The position numbers were made by a program, and so were the translations under genes. Below, piece after piece: positions 1 through 7,606 of a DNA stretch of 18,344 bases. Each line of letters begins with the position of its first letter. Positions within the stretch are counted from its first letter, which is position 1. The notes under the pieces were generated by a model that saw only the letters and a program-made list of their open reading frames with translations, was not told the DNA's origin and did not search any database. This DNA comes from an uncultured Nitrososphaerota archaeon (GTDB taxonomy: Archaea > Asgardarchaeota > Njordarchaeia > Njordarchaeales > Panguiarchaeaceae). Location: the NCBI GenBank assembly GCA_964636085.1, contig CAZWPQ010000016.1, positions 26,625-44,968 on the forward strand, given 5' to 3'.

Positions 1-773
1 TTTCCAAGATGGCCGGGGTTGGGTTGGGGGCAGATGAGTGGCTTAAATATGCTCCTCCCGAGGTCTTAAACTTCCTACTACTCAAGCGCCATGTAGGAGA
101 CATCGAGAAAGATAGTTTAAGACATGTAGACTTCAATGTTCATGATATCCCTACCTATGTACAGAGATTCGATACCGACGAGTCCCTAGTTAGATCTATC
201 CTTAAGAAGAAAAATATCAGTTCTGATGAGAAGAAACTTATTATTGCCTATTTCTTAGCGCTAGTCGATCCTATAGAAACCCTATCATCCCCCATTAGAA
301 GAGTACCATACGATGTTGCTATTCAGGTTGCCTTATGGATGAAAGATCTTGAGGATGGCATCAATATGCTTCGACGAACAGGGGCATTGCCCAAAAACGC
401 ATCTAAGATCGAAATAGAAGACGCACTTACTCGCCTTAAATGTGCGAAAAACTTTATTTCTGATTACTGGGAACCCCCCGAGATAGATGTAGATGATATT
501 GTTGCCTCACTAAACCCTACCGAAAAAACCATTCTCAAAGATTTGTTGCAACAAGTCTTCAAATTAACCCCCCAACATATCACACAGGAGATAATTAGAG
601 ACATCGTAAAGAACCTATCTTCTAGGTATGGTGTAAAACCAAGAGATATTTATAGGATCATATATCTCGTGTCCTTGGGGGAAGAAAGAGGGCCACCAGT
701 ATATAGAATTCTCCAGAAATCGTTCACTAGAAACAATTTACGTAAAGCATTAAGTCTTCTGGGGGGTCCATAG
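1..773 (+). CDS. lysS: Class I lysyl-tRNA synthetase, 3' part (5'-truncated by window edge)
   Basis: Frame is open from the window start: SKMAGVGLGADEWLKYAPPEVLNF matches the class I LysRS region after KMSKS (KxSKSKGNG..xEWLxYAPPExL). The helical anticodon-binding C-terminus YLVSLGEERGPP matches the YxxLxGxxxGPR motif. The ATG at 9 is internal. Confidence 0.9.
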   Translation, partial: SKMAGVGLGADEWLKYAPPEVLNFLLLKRHVGDIEKDSLRHVDFNVHDIPTYVQRFDTDESLVRSILKKKNISSDEKKLIIAYFLALVDPIETLSSPIRRVPYDVAIQVALWMKDLEDGINMLRRTGALPKNASKIEIEDALTRLKCAKNFISDYWEPPEIDVDDIVASLNPTEKTILKDLLQQVFKLTPQHITQEIIRDIVKNLSSRYGVKPRDIYRIIYLVSLGEERGPPVYRILQKSFTRNNLRKALSLLGGP

Positions 774-774
774 C

Positions 775-1326
775 TTGAAAAGAATCATCGTAACGGTTGG
801 ATCAAATAACCCAGTAAAAATTTCTGCAACAAAAAACGCGTTTAAACTCGCATTTGGTGGCACTATTATCGTGAAATCGCTCCAAGTACCCAATACACCC
901 ATACAACCTCTATCTGATACAGAAATGATCGAGGGAGCTATCTATAGGGCCAAATATGCTTTCAACAATACCCTCACTGATTTTGGGGTTGGGATGGAGG
1001 GGGGATTGATCAAAAATAGGTATGGCGTATTTGTTAAGGGATGGGTAGCCGTTACTAACGGAATGGAAATAGGTTTGGCGTCTACCGTATCTGTAATGCT
1101 ACCAGACTACACATGGGATCTTATAGAGACTGGCCAGATCAGGGAGTTGGAGGAGATAATGGTAAAATTGTCGGGAATAAAAGACATAGGAAAGACTATT
1201 GGGGCCATCGGGTTTATGGCTTCGAATAGATATAACAGGGAAAAAGCATTTAGAGATGCGCTACTGTGTGCGCTAGGAAGGTTCATAAGAAGTGAAATTT
1301 TTAAAAGAAAATCCTTAGAGGAATAA
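775..1326 (+). CDS. yjjX: Inosine/xanthosine triphosphatase (YjjX/NTPase_I-T family)
   Basis: Motifs VGSNNPVK, QPLSxxExxxGAxxRA, GVGMEGG and GAIGFM..R. TTG start lies 1 nt after the lysS stop with a G-rich RBS, consistent with co-transcription. Confidence 0.9.
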   Translation: MKRIIVTVGSNNPVKISATKNAFKLAFGGTIIVKSLQVPNTPIQPLSDTEMIEGAIYRAKYAFNNTLTDFGVGMEGGLIKNRYGVFVKGWVAVTNGMEIGLASTVSVMLPDYTWDLIETGQIRELEEIMVKLSGIKDIGKTIGAIGFMASNRYNREKAFRDALLCALGRFIRSEIFKRKSLEE

Positions 1327-1340
1327 TTCGTGAGGATAAT

Positions 1341-2192
1341 TCAGATTTTTACCTTGACCCTAGGTCTTCTCTTGGCCTTCTTTCTTAGTTCAACCTTTAC
1401 TCCCGTAAGTTCTTCAAACAACTTTGCGAACTCGATGAATCGATTTCTAATTGTGACTTCTGTTATTCCACAGGCTTTGGCTATTTCCCTTTGTGTTTTT
1501 CTTATGGCGAACGCCTTTACAATCACGTATATTATGCCGCCTATAACCCCCCTTATATCTTTTCCAGATATCATGCCTCTCTCCTCTGCTACCTTAAGGA
1601 GATTCCTAGCAGCTTGGGCGGCCTCGTAATCATTGATTTTAAGTTTTTCAATTATCTGTTGGAGATATATACGGGGGTCGACTTGTCGAGGCTTTAAGTG
1701 AAGTGTCTCATATGATGCCCTAATAGCCTTCATTATTTTTTCTGACTCAATGCGGAGAGTTTTTTTGATAACTTTATAGGAAAGTGGATAGTTATTCTCT
1801 CTCGCCGCGATATATAGTAATGCTATGGCGAAATATTTGACATTTTCTGGATATATCTTTTTGTTACTATCCAACATCCTGACAAAATAATTTATCGCAG
1901 TTTCCTTCACATAGTAGGGAACACCTAACCTATAGGCAAAATTATTAATATAGTTCTGGAATGCCTCTAATAATTTTCTCTCCCGATCCCCTGCTACAGA
2001 ATCATAAGGTCTTATTCTTGTATAATCACTCCTCTCCTCATATATTGGCGGTGGTTTAAAATCTAATGAAGATTCATCTATCACCGTTCCACATTTCGCA
2101 CAGTATATTTCTCCGCTTGACTCATCCTTTATGATGCTCGTGGATCCACAAACTGGACACTTCATCTTGGCACTACCATAATCGTCGACCAT
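1341..2192 (-). CDS. tfb: Transcription initiation factor IIB (TFB) paralog, divergent
   Basis: N-terminal Zn ribbon CPVCG...GEIYCAKCG, two cyclin-like repeats, and C-terminal SGKD and TQREIAKACGITEVTIRNR (BRE-binding HTH). Confidence 0.92.
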   Translation of the reverse strand: MVDDYGSAKMKCPVCGSTSIIKDESSGEIYCAKCGTVIDESSLDFKPPPIYEERSDYTRIRPYDSVAGDRERKLLEAFQNYINNFAYRLGVPYYVKETAINYFVRMLDSNKKIYPENVKYFAIALLYIAARENNYPLSYKVIKKTLRIESEKIMKAIRASYETLHLKPRQVDPRIYLQQIIEKLKINDYEAAQAARNLLKVAEERGMISGKDIRGVIGGIIYVIVKAFAIRKTQREIAKACGITEVTIRNRFIEFAKLFEELTGVKVELRKKAKRRPRVKVKI

Positions 2193-2216
2193 ATGTAGAA
2201 CCCAACCTATCCAACA

Positions 2217-2230
2217 CTATAAAAACCTTG
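2217..2230 (-). promoter_or_regulatory. Putative BRE/TATA promoter of tfb
   Basis: Minus strand reads CAAGGTTTTTATAG. The TATA-like element lies about 25-33 nt upstream of the ATG at 2192, typical archaeal spacing. Confidence 0.5.
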
Positions 2231-2317
2231 AACCTATAATATTCCTAATTGAGAAAATTTAAAGAAAAAATAAAGAAGTGTATAGTTACGCTATTAATTG
2301 TATATTTACCCTATTAT

Positions 2318-2336
2318 AAAAAACAGAAAAGGAAAA
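2318..2336 (-). terminator. Oligo-T terminator after the aminotransferase
   Basis: Minus strand TTTTCCTTTTCTGTTTTTT directly follows the stop codon; archaeal intrinsic terminators are U-rich tracts. Confidence 0.5.
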
Positions 2337-2337
2337 C

Positions 2338-3651
2338 CTATCCAATATGTTTCGACAATAGCATCCCCAATCTTCTAATACCCTCTTCAATGTCCGCTGG
2401 TTTTAGCAAAGAGTATGAAAGCCTCATCGTGTTTAAATGATATTTAATTTTCTCGATTGACCCAGTATCTGGGTTATAAATCCATCCCAACTGCTCTACA
2501 GGATAAAAAGCGACGCCAGGTACATAATTTACATCATTTTTCAGCGCTACTTCCTCTAAAAATGTGGGGGCATTGAACTCTCCCTCACTTTCATACCATA
2601 CAAAGAACCCTCCCTGCGGTTTCGTGTGGATACCAGGCGGAAAATATTTTTCGATGCTTTCAATCATCGCATTTCTTCTCCTCATATACTCCCCAACAGC
2701 TTCAGGAAGTACGCGGTCTATCCATTTCTCGTAGTACTCTTTCAGCAACACTTGATTGATTACGGGTGTACATAGATCTTGATAGCCCTTCGATTTTATG
2801 AACTCATCAACAATAGTTTTGGGTATTACACCATATCCAACACGAAATACTGCTGCTTCCTTGCTTGATGTACGTAGATAAGCTACATACTCATTTTCTT
2901 TATCCATGGATTTTATCGGAGGGATTTTTTCTCCTCCAAAGTATATATCCCTATACGCAGCATCCTCCACGATCAAAATTTTATATTTGACCGCTATCTC
3001 ATATAATTTCTTTCGTCGAGATAATGGCAATGTTGTTCCCTTAGGATTATCAGAGTCTGCCACAACATAGATGAAATCAGGCGTTTTTCCAAATTTTTCC
3101 ATAGCCTTCTCTATAGCCATATCTACGTATTCAGGAATTATTCCATGCTCATCCGTCGGTACACAGACTATGTTCGCCCTATGCATCCCCAATGGACCAA
3201 GCGCTCCTAGATAAACTGGTGCTGGACAAATAACAACATCCCCGGGATCAATGAGTATATTCGTTAATGTAAATAGGGCCTGTTGACTTCCAGTAAAAAT
3301 GGTTACCGCATTTATCCTCTCATTCTCGTCTTTTGGGAGAGGAACCCCATCTTTTTCGAGCCTATCTGCCAATACTCTTCTTAAGGGATCATATCCAGCT
3401 GTTTTTTCGTAGTTAAATATCTCCAATACCTCCTTCTCCTTTCCATCCTTCACCAACTTGCCAAGCTCTTCGCCAATATCAACAAGTATTCTTGTCAATG
3501 TCTCTAGTGGTAGAACACCAGGTTTGCCTCCAGCAAAGTAGTATCTCACCTTGAACCTTAGAAGTCTTCTAATCTCGCTCTCGGGTATAAGTTTGGTCCA
3601 AGCGGCAAATTTAAAGCCAAATTCATGCACTTCTGTTACGATGCTTGACAT
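2338..3651 (-). CDS. PLP-dependent aminotransferase, fold type I (class I/II; aromatic/2-aminoadipate aminotransferase-like)
   Basis: Motifs SEIRRLL, AGGKPG, TGSQQAL, DNPKG, EDAAY, TSSK (PLP lysine), RVGY, PQGGFFVW, VPGxAFY, MRLSYS. ATG at 3651 is preferred over TTG at 3672 because a TTTTTAAG TATA-like element sits about 30 nt upstream of it. Confidence 0.9.
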   Translation of the reverse strand: MSSIVTEVHEFGFKFAAWTKLIPESEIRRLLRFKVRYYFAGGKPGVLPLETLTRILVDIGEELGKLVKDGKEKEVLEIFNYEKTAGYDPLRRVLADRLEKDGVPLPKDENERINAVTIFTGSQQALFTLTNILIDPGDVVICPAPVYLGALGPLGMHRANIVCVPTDEHGIIPEYVDMAIEKAMEKFGKTPDFIYVVADSDNPKGTTLPLSRRKKLYEIAVKYKILIVEDAAYRDIYFGGEKIPPIKSMDKENEYVAYLRTSSKEAAVFRVGYGVIPKTIVDEFIKSKGYQDLCTPVINQVLLKEYYEKWIDRVLPEAVGEYMRRRNAMIESIEKYFPPGIHTKPQGGFFVWYESEGEFNAPTFLEEVALKNDVNYVPGVAFYPVEQLGWIYNPDTGSIEKIKYHLNTMRLSYSLLKPADIEEGIRRLGMLLSKHIG

Positions 3652-3701
3652 ATTTCCCTTCAATATCCCCAAAAAACTACTTAAAAATGTATCGCTATAT
3701 A

Positions 3702-4508
3702 CTATTTTGTGACACGTGCAATATTAATTCCTTCCAAGTGAGAGAGAAATTCAATAATGCTCGGAAGACTTGGCGCGGAGAGGATACCATGGCAATCAAC
3801 CAAGAGACCGTTTTCGAGACGTATTCTTACAAGAGGGCCAAATATTGATAAGGATCTAGACATTGTGTCGAGTCGAAACATTATCCCATATAAACCATTT
3901 ATGACATCACTCCCCCTAACCTCTATTTCATCCACTCCTACAACCCCCGTAATTTGCGGGTTTAGCATAAAGACGGCACTTGTAACCTTTGTCTTTAGTG
4001 TCTTCATCAATATATTAAATTTATATGGGGCAATAGTATATTCAGAAAAAAGCACTAGATCACCAGATTTTTTTGTTATCTTCCTTAATTTCTCCATTAG
4101 ATCTCGATTTGCAAGTAAGTATCGGTACTGTCGTAGCTTTACTATAACTCCTTCAGGAAACTTTCCACTGGGCCGAATTTCCATACCAGTTACGTAGTAT
4201 ATGTAATCAACAGGCTTGTTAGATATCCTATTAAATAATTTTGTAAAGTTTACGCATTCAAGTTTTTGATTCTTTAATACCCCTCTTAGACTCCTAAAAC
4301 TAGTCTTACAACCGTATAGCTGCCAATTTTCTATGCCTACTTTAAAAAATCTATGGACAAACATCAAAGCTTTCTTTATCCTCTTGTACCTAATTTTTCT
4401 GCGGATAGCCTCGTGGGGGTTTTTGGAGCCTCTTATGTTCAGGATTTCCTCGACAATCGCCAGTGCTTCCTTCTTAGATAAGTCTCTTAGTAATTCTGAG
4501 AGGCCCAC
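3702..4508 (-). CDS. Hypothetical basic protein (268 aa); possible CENP-N/L- or RdgC-like (TBP-like) fold
   Basis: Long ORF filling the gap between two genes, with a GTG start preceded by GTGA. K/R-rich, with a helical N-terminus followed by an alpha/beta pattern. The fold assignment is speculative. Confidence 0.75.
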   Translation of the reverse strand: MGLSELLRDLSKKEALAIVEEILNIRGSKNPHEAIRRKIRYKRIKKALMFVHRFFKVGIENWQLYGCKTSFRSLRGVLKNQKLECVNFTKLFNRISNKPVDYIYYVTGMEIRPSGKFPEGVIVKLRQYRYLLANRDLMEKLRKITKKSGDLVLFSEYTIAPYKFNILMKTLKTKVTSAVFMLNPQITGVVGVDEIEVRGSDVINGLYGIMFRLDTMSRSLSIFGPLVRIRLENGLLVDCHGILSAPSLPSIIEFLSHLEGINIARVTK

Positions 4509-4669
4509 AACTCATCACTTTAAACTCAATAAATAATCTAAAATTATTCGGTTTAAAAAGTGTTGGGAGAGCTTGTGGACATATCAAACTAGGGATCAAT
4601 AATTATGCGAATCTAATTAAAATGCTAATTTGTCTATATATATGTTTAGGTCTATCGGTGATTTTTTAG

Positions 4670-5062
4670 GTGATAGACCGCATTTATGTATTTACGGGTG
4701 GTGGATTATTATCTATAGTGCAGATAAAAAACAATGAAGCAAGAGTCCTAACAAATTGGCCCGAAGAGGTCTCCCTTAGTGCAATGAGCGTCGTAGCCTA
4801 TATGTTAAAGGAATATCAAGAAACAAAAAATAGGGTAGTCATACACAAGGATTGGATAGCATATATACCCGAGGAATCAAACTTTATTCCTATGGTGAAG
4901 ATTAGTAATAAGCGTTACCTCCTAGCCACCATAGGGTTCATCAGAAGATTATCACTTAAGCTGAAAGATCTACCTGAGGAATGCAGAACTGTTGCCGAGG
5001 CCATAATAAGTATCTACGAGAAACATTTCAAACAAAAAATCTCTAAGATAATAATGATTTAG
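4670..5062 (+). CDS. Small hypothetical protein, possibly longin-like
   Basis: GTG start 8 nt after a GGTGA RBS; 130 aa. N-terminus MIDRIYVFTGGGLL resembles the longin beta1-G-beta2 start. The stop overlaps the udg stop by 4 nt. Confidence 0.65.
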   Translation: MIDRIYVFTGGGLLSIVQIKNNEARVLTNWPEEVSLSAMSVVAYMLKEYQETKNRVVIHKDWIAYIPEESNFIPMVKISNKRYLLATIGFIRRLSLKLKDLPEECRTVAEAIISIYEKHFKQKISKIIMI

Positions 5063-5685
5063 AAGAAAGAATCCAGCGTGATTTTTTCTTCACCTAAATT
5101 AAGCAGTTGTTTGATTTTTTTGAAATCATCCATTAAAAATTTCTTCCAAGGAGGCCTATATAGGGCGGCAGCAGGGTGTATCGTTACTAGAACTTTAATG
5201 TTTTTACCATGAGCAACTAGGTTAAACACTTTACCCCTGACACTCAAAATGCTCTTTAAACCAAAACCCACCCTTGATAATATGTACCTTGCGGAATGTC
5301 TACCCAAGCATACAATTATGTCAGGCTGTATGATGGAAATCTGGCGATCCAAATAAGGACTACATGTGCTTATTTCATCTGGCTTGGGATCTCTATTATT
5401 GGGTGGTCTACATTTTACAACATTGGTTATATACACATCTTTCCTTTGCATGCAGAGTATGTCCTCTATTAGTGATGTTAGTAGTTTTCCAGCAGCACCA
5501 ACAAAAGGTTTACCCTGTAGATCCTCTTGATAACCAGGAGCCTCGCCAATAAACATGATCTTGGCGTCAGGAGTTCCTTCTCCAGGAACAGCATTTCTTC
5601 TGTTTCTCCAAAGCGGGCATTTCTTGCAATTTAGGATTTCTCTCTCGACTTCTTGTAGGGCGCGGAGTTTGTCATCTATTTCCAT
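5059..5685 (-). CDS. udg: Uracil-DNA glycosylase family 4 ([4Fe-4S])
   Basis: Motifs CKKCPL, GEAPG, PFVGAAG, NVVKCRPPNNRDP, C..YL and HPAAALY. GGTGA RBS upstream; C-terminal KITLDSFF. Confidence 0.96.
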   Translation of the reverse strand: MEIDDKLRALQEVEREILNCKKCPLWRNRRNAVPGEGTPDAKIMFIGEAPGYQEDLQGKPFVGAAGKLLTSLIEDILCMQRKDVYITNVVKCRPPNNRDPKPDEISTCSPYLDRQISIIQPDIIVCLGRHSARYILSRVGFGLKSILSVRGKVFNLVAHGKNIKVLVTIHPAAALYRPPWKKFLMDDFKKIKQLLNLGEEKITLDSFF

Positions 5686-5770
5686 TTAATCACCGTCAAA
5701 AAAAGAAAAAAGTTAAATAGATTCAAAGAACTATAATAATATAGGAACATATTGAATAAATTGAATAAAA

Positions 5771-6127
5771 ATGCCTAAGAGGAAGCGTGAATTTTGGTAT
5801 ATAAGTGAGATAAGACCCACATCTGGAAGGGTCGACATAGTAGTAACCGTAATTCGGGTACAGTCGCTGAAAAAATTCTTTAAGGGAGATGAGATACATA
5901 GGGTAGCAGAGGTACTTGTTGGGGACCGGACCGGCATAATAGTACTTGTAGTATGGGACGATCTTATTGACAAAATTCGGGAAAGAGAGACATATGTGAT
6001 AAGGAACCTGAGGCCTAAGATATACAAGAATAGGATGAGGGTCGTATGTACCAGGGATAGTACAATTGAGGAGGCCCCATATAGGATCCCAATCAAAGAA
6101 ATAAACGTAGCCCCAAAAATCAGATAG
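5771..6127 (+). CDS. Single-OB-fold single-stranded DNA-binding protein (crenarchaeal SSB/RPA-like)
   Basis: ISEIRP...VDIVVTV...VAEVLVGDRTGxIxLVVWD...IRN...YK...STIEEA aligns by eye with the Sulfolobus-type SSB OB fold (GDETG/LxxW). Confidence 0.82.
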   Translation: MPKRKREFWYISEIRPTSGRVDIVVTVIRVQSLKKFFKGDEIHRVAEVLVGDRTGIIVLVVWDDLIDKIRERETYVIRNLRPKIYKNRMRVVCTRDSTIEEAPYRIPIKEINVAPKIR

Positions 6128-6188
6128 CTATTTCTATAAATTTTTAGTATATTTAGGATAAGCAAGGTCATCCTGTGTGTGGCTAAAA

Positions 6189-6872
6189 ATGCATCATAGA
6201 ATCAACCTACCAATTCTTCAAGTTGCATTAGATATGACGGATATCGACACAGCTGTAAGGATAGCTAGGGAGGCTCTTGGTGGTGGAGCTGATTGGATAG
6301 AGTGTGGCACCCCTCTGATAAAGGCGATTGGTATTGGGGCGATCAAGGCTTTGAGGAAGGAGTTTCCGGATGTGGTAATAGTTGCAGATATGAAGACAAT
6401 GGACGCCGGAGCACTTGAGGCTGAGATGGCTTTTAGTAGTGGGGCTAATATAGTCACGGTCTTGGGATTAGCCAGCATAGAAACAATTAGTAATGTTGTA
6501 AAAGTAGCGAAAAAGAATGACGGTCTAGTTATGGTTGATATGATAAATCATCCTGATCCGATCAATAGAGCAACAGAGTTAAGAGAATACAACATTGATG
6601 CCGACATAATCTTACTGCATGTAGGGATAGATCAGCAATGTATGAGTATTAGTCATCTCGAAATTATACCCAGTCTAAAGGAAAAATGGGGGTACCTTGT
6701 CGCGGTTGCTGGGGGCCTGAATCCACAATCATCGAGCTCCGCAATAGAGTTGGGTGCCGACATAGTAATAGTTGGTAGATATATAACACTATCTAGTAAT
6801 GTAAAGCAGAAAGCGAGAGAAGTTAAGAGTGCTATAGCCAAGGCGTGGAAGGAATCGAGAGCCCACAAATAA
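6189..6872 (+). CDS. hxlA: 3-hexulose-6-phosphate synthase (OMPDC/HUMPS family, stand-alone)
   Basis: Motifs LQVALD, WIECGTPLIKAIG, VADMKTMDAGALE, HVGIDQQ, AVAGGL, IVGRYIT. HVGIDQQ favours HPS over KGPDC/OMPDC. Start is ATG 6189 or GTG 6177. Confidence 0.85.
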   Translation: MHHRINLPILQVALDMTDIDTAVRIAREALGGGADWIECGTPLIKAIGIGAIKALRKEFPDVVIVADMKTMDAGALEAEMAFSSGANIVTVLGLASIETISNVVKVAKKNDGLVMVDMINHPDPINRATELREYNIDADIILLHVGIDQQCMSISHLEIIPSLKEKWGYLVAVAGGLNPQSSSSAIELGADIVIVGRYITLSSNVKQKAREVKSAIAKAWKESRAHK

Positions 6873-6884
6873 ATAAAAAAGATT

Positions 6885-7541
6885 TTATTCCTCTATGCCC
6901 AAGCTTAATATTCTTTTTATCAAAATTTTGACGGTAGGGACGCCAACTGTGAATACTTTTCCATTGTAATTACCATTAACACTAAGTATTATCGTTGGTA
7001 CGGCATTAACACCATATTTTTCAGCGATCTCAGGGAACTCATAGGCATCTACTACATCACTGATAACTTTTCCCTTGGATGCAACAGCAATTCTGTGGGC
7101 CTCTAATGCCGCATGAGGGCACCAAGGGCAACTAGGCGTAACGATGGTTTCTATCTTAACCTTTTTATCCAGAGAGGCTAGATCTGCCTCATACTCTTTT
7201 AGACCGTGTTGTCTATTTGACGCGAGTGTTATTCCTTCAAGAAATGCCCAAGCTTCCTCGCCGATAGGGGCTCCAGTATATCTAATCTCCCCATGTTTTC
7301 CGATGAGAATTACTGGTCCTCTATCAACACCAAGGATCTCCATATGTATTCTCTGCAATTGTTGTTTTTCTACTCTGAGCTTTTGATCGCTTATCCCCGA
7401 GATGTCCTCCAGTAATTGCTCTACAGTATCACAGAGTTTGCAGTCCTCTGAAGCAAAGTAGAGTATAGGGATCGCGTCGACAAGCCTACTCATATATTTT
7501 TCTCTAATATATTTGAGCTCGTCTTCTCCAAGTACTCCCAT
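6885..7541 (-). CDS. Protein disulfide oxidoreductase (archaeal PDO, AhpF-NTD-like, two thioredoxin folds)
   Basis: Two CxxC sites (CKLC and CPWC); IRYTGAPxGxE..FLE; A.EFPEIAEKYGVNAVP. Start at 7541 (MGVLGEDE) has a GGTG RBS; the ORF track starts at 7559. Confidence 0.9.
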   Translation of the reverse strand: MGVLGEDELKYIREKYMSRLVDAIPILYFASEDCKLCDTVEQLLEDISGISDQKLRVEKQQLQRIHMEILGVDRGPVILIGKHGEIRYTGAPIGEEAWAFLEGITLASNRQHGLKEYEADLASLDKKVKIETIVTPSCPWCPHAALEAHRIAVASKGKVISDVVDAYEFPEIAEKYGVNAVPTIILSVNGNYNGKVFTVGVPTVKILIKRILSLGIEE

Positions 7542-7606
7542 ATACGACACCAGCATCATAGTAACTTTTGATTAAACATATTTAAATGGTCAAGTTTTTA
7601 TGGCTT

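Noticed and set aside
9-11. ATG at 9 as the start of a 254-aa gene
   Set aside because: The frame is open upstream and the ATG falls within the KMSKS-like region of LysRS; the gene starts before the window.
1330-1697. Plus-strand ORFs 1330-1629 and 1491-1697
   Set aside because: Antisense shadows of tfb with no recognisable motifs.
2338-3672. MocR/GabR-type transcription regulator
   Set aside because: No N-terminal winged HTH; the length fits a stand-alone aminotransferase.
3645-4536. Plus-strand ORFs 3645-3848, 3757-4197 and 4333-4536
   Set aside because: Antisense to the longer 268-aa ORF; composition typical of shadow frames.
5771-5788. MPKRKR as a nuclear localisation signal
   Set aside because: Short basic patches are common in archaeal nucleic-acid-binding proteins, and the resemblance carries no evidence.
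5731-6171. Hydrophobic 146-aa minus-strand ORF
   Set aside because: Antisense to the recognisable SSB gene; the hydrophobicity reflects the reverse complement of purine-rich codons.
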